A stretch of 64,000 nucleotides of DNA from Heptranchias perlo (lineage: Eukaryota). Positions 63,989-64,000 of the stretch are shown here, piece by piece. Position 1 is the stretch's first letter. Each line of letters starts with the position of its first letter. The position numbers were made by a program, and so were the translations under genes. The DNA lies in contig NC_090362.1 of NCBI RefSeq assembly GCF_035084215.1, positions 8,122,001 through 8,186,000 of the forward strand, in the 5' to 3' direction. The notes under the pieces are model-generated. The model made no database searches. It worked only from the letters and a program-made list of their open reading frames with translations, and was not told the origin of the DNA.

Positions 63989-64000
63989 ATCCAGTTGGAT
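63989..64000 (+). CDS. Start of candidate exon 3 (IQLD..., truncated by window edge)
   Basis: Strong acceptor gttcttgtgtcctttgtccccacag|; only 12 nt visible. Confidence 0.4.

Overview
Eukaryotic (vertebrate) genomic DNA, very probably a cartilaginous fish (shark/ray), inferred from dense CR1 and L2 LINE fragments and SacSINE1-like Deu-domain SINEs. Two complete multi-exon + strand genes can be assembled by hand: a CFAP97-domain (CFAP97D2-like) gene (5 coding exons, 24012-35258, 197 aa) and RPS17 (5 coding exons, 42539-49706, 133 aa). A third, unidentified + strand gene starts near 56936 and runs off the window. A candidate first coding exon of a divergent - strand gene lies in a CpG-island promoter at about 11.1-11.7 kb. 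That promoter (GC box, CCAAT, CRE, RFX X-box) abuts a 6.3-kb array of 20-bp units with higher-order duplications; the three >2100-aa ORFs are artefacts of this array. Highlights: an apparent 184-bp solo LTR that supplies the stop codon and a poly(A) signal of the CFAP97D gene, three-layer nested insertions, hAT and Harbinger MITEs with target-site duplications, and decayed Penelope-type minimal hammerhead ribozyme motifs. Repeat boundaries are approximate unless a TSD is cited. No database searches were run.
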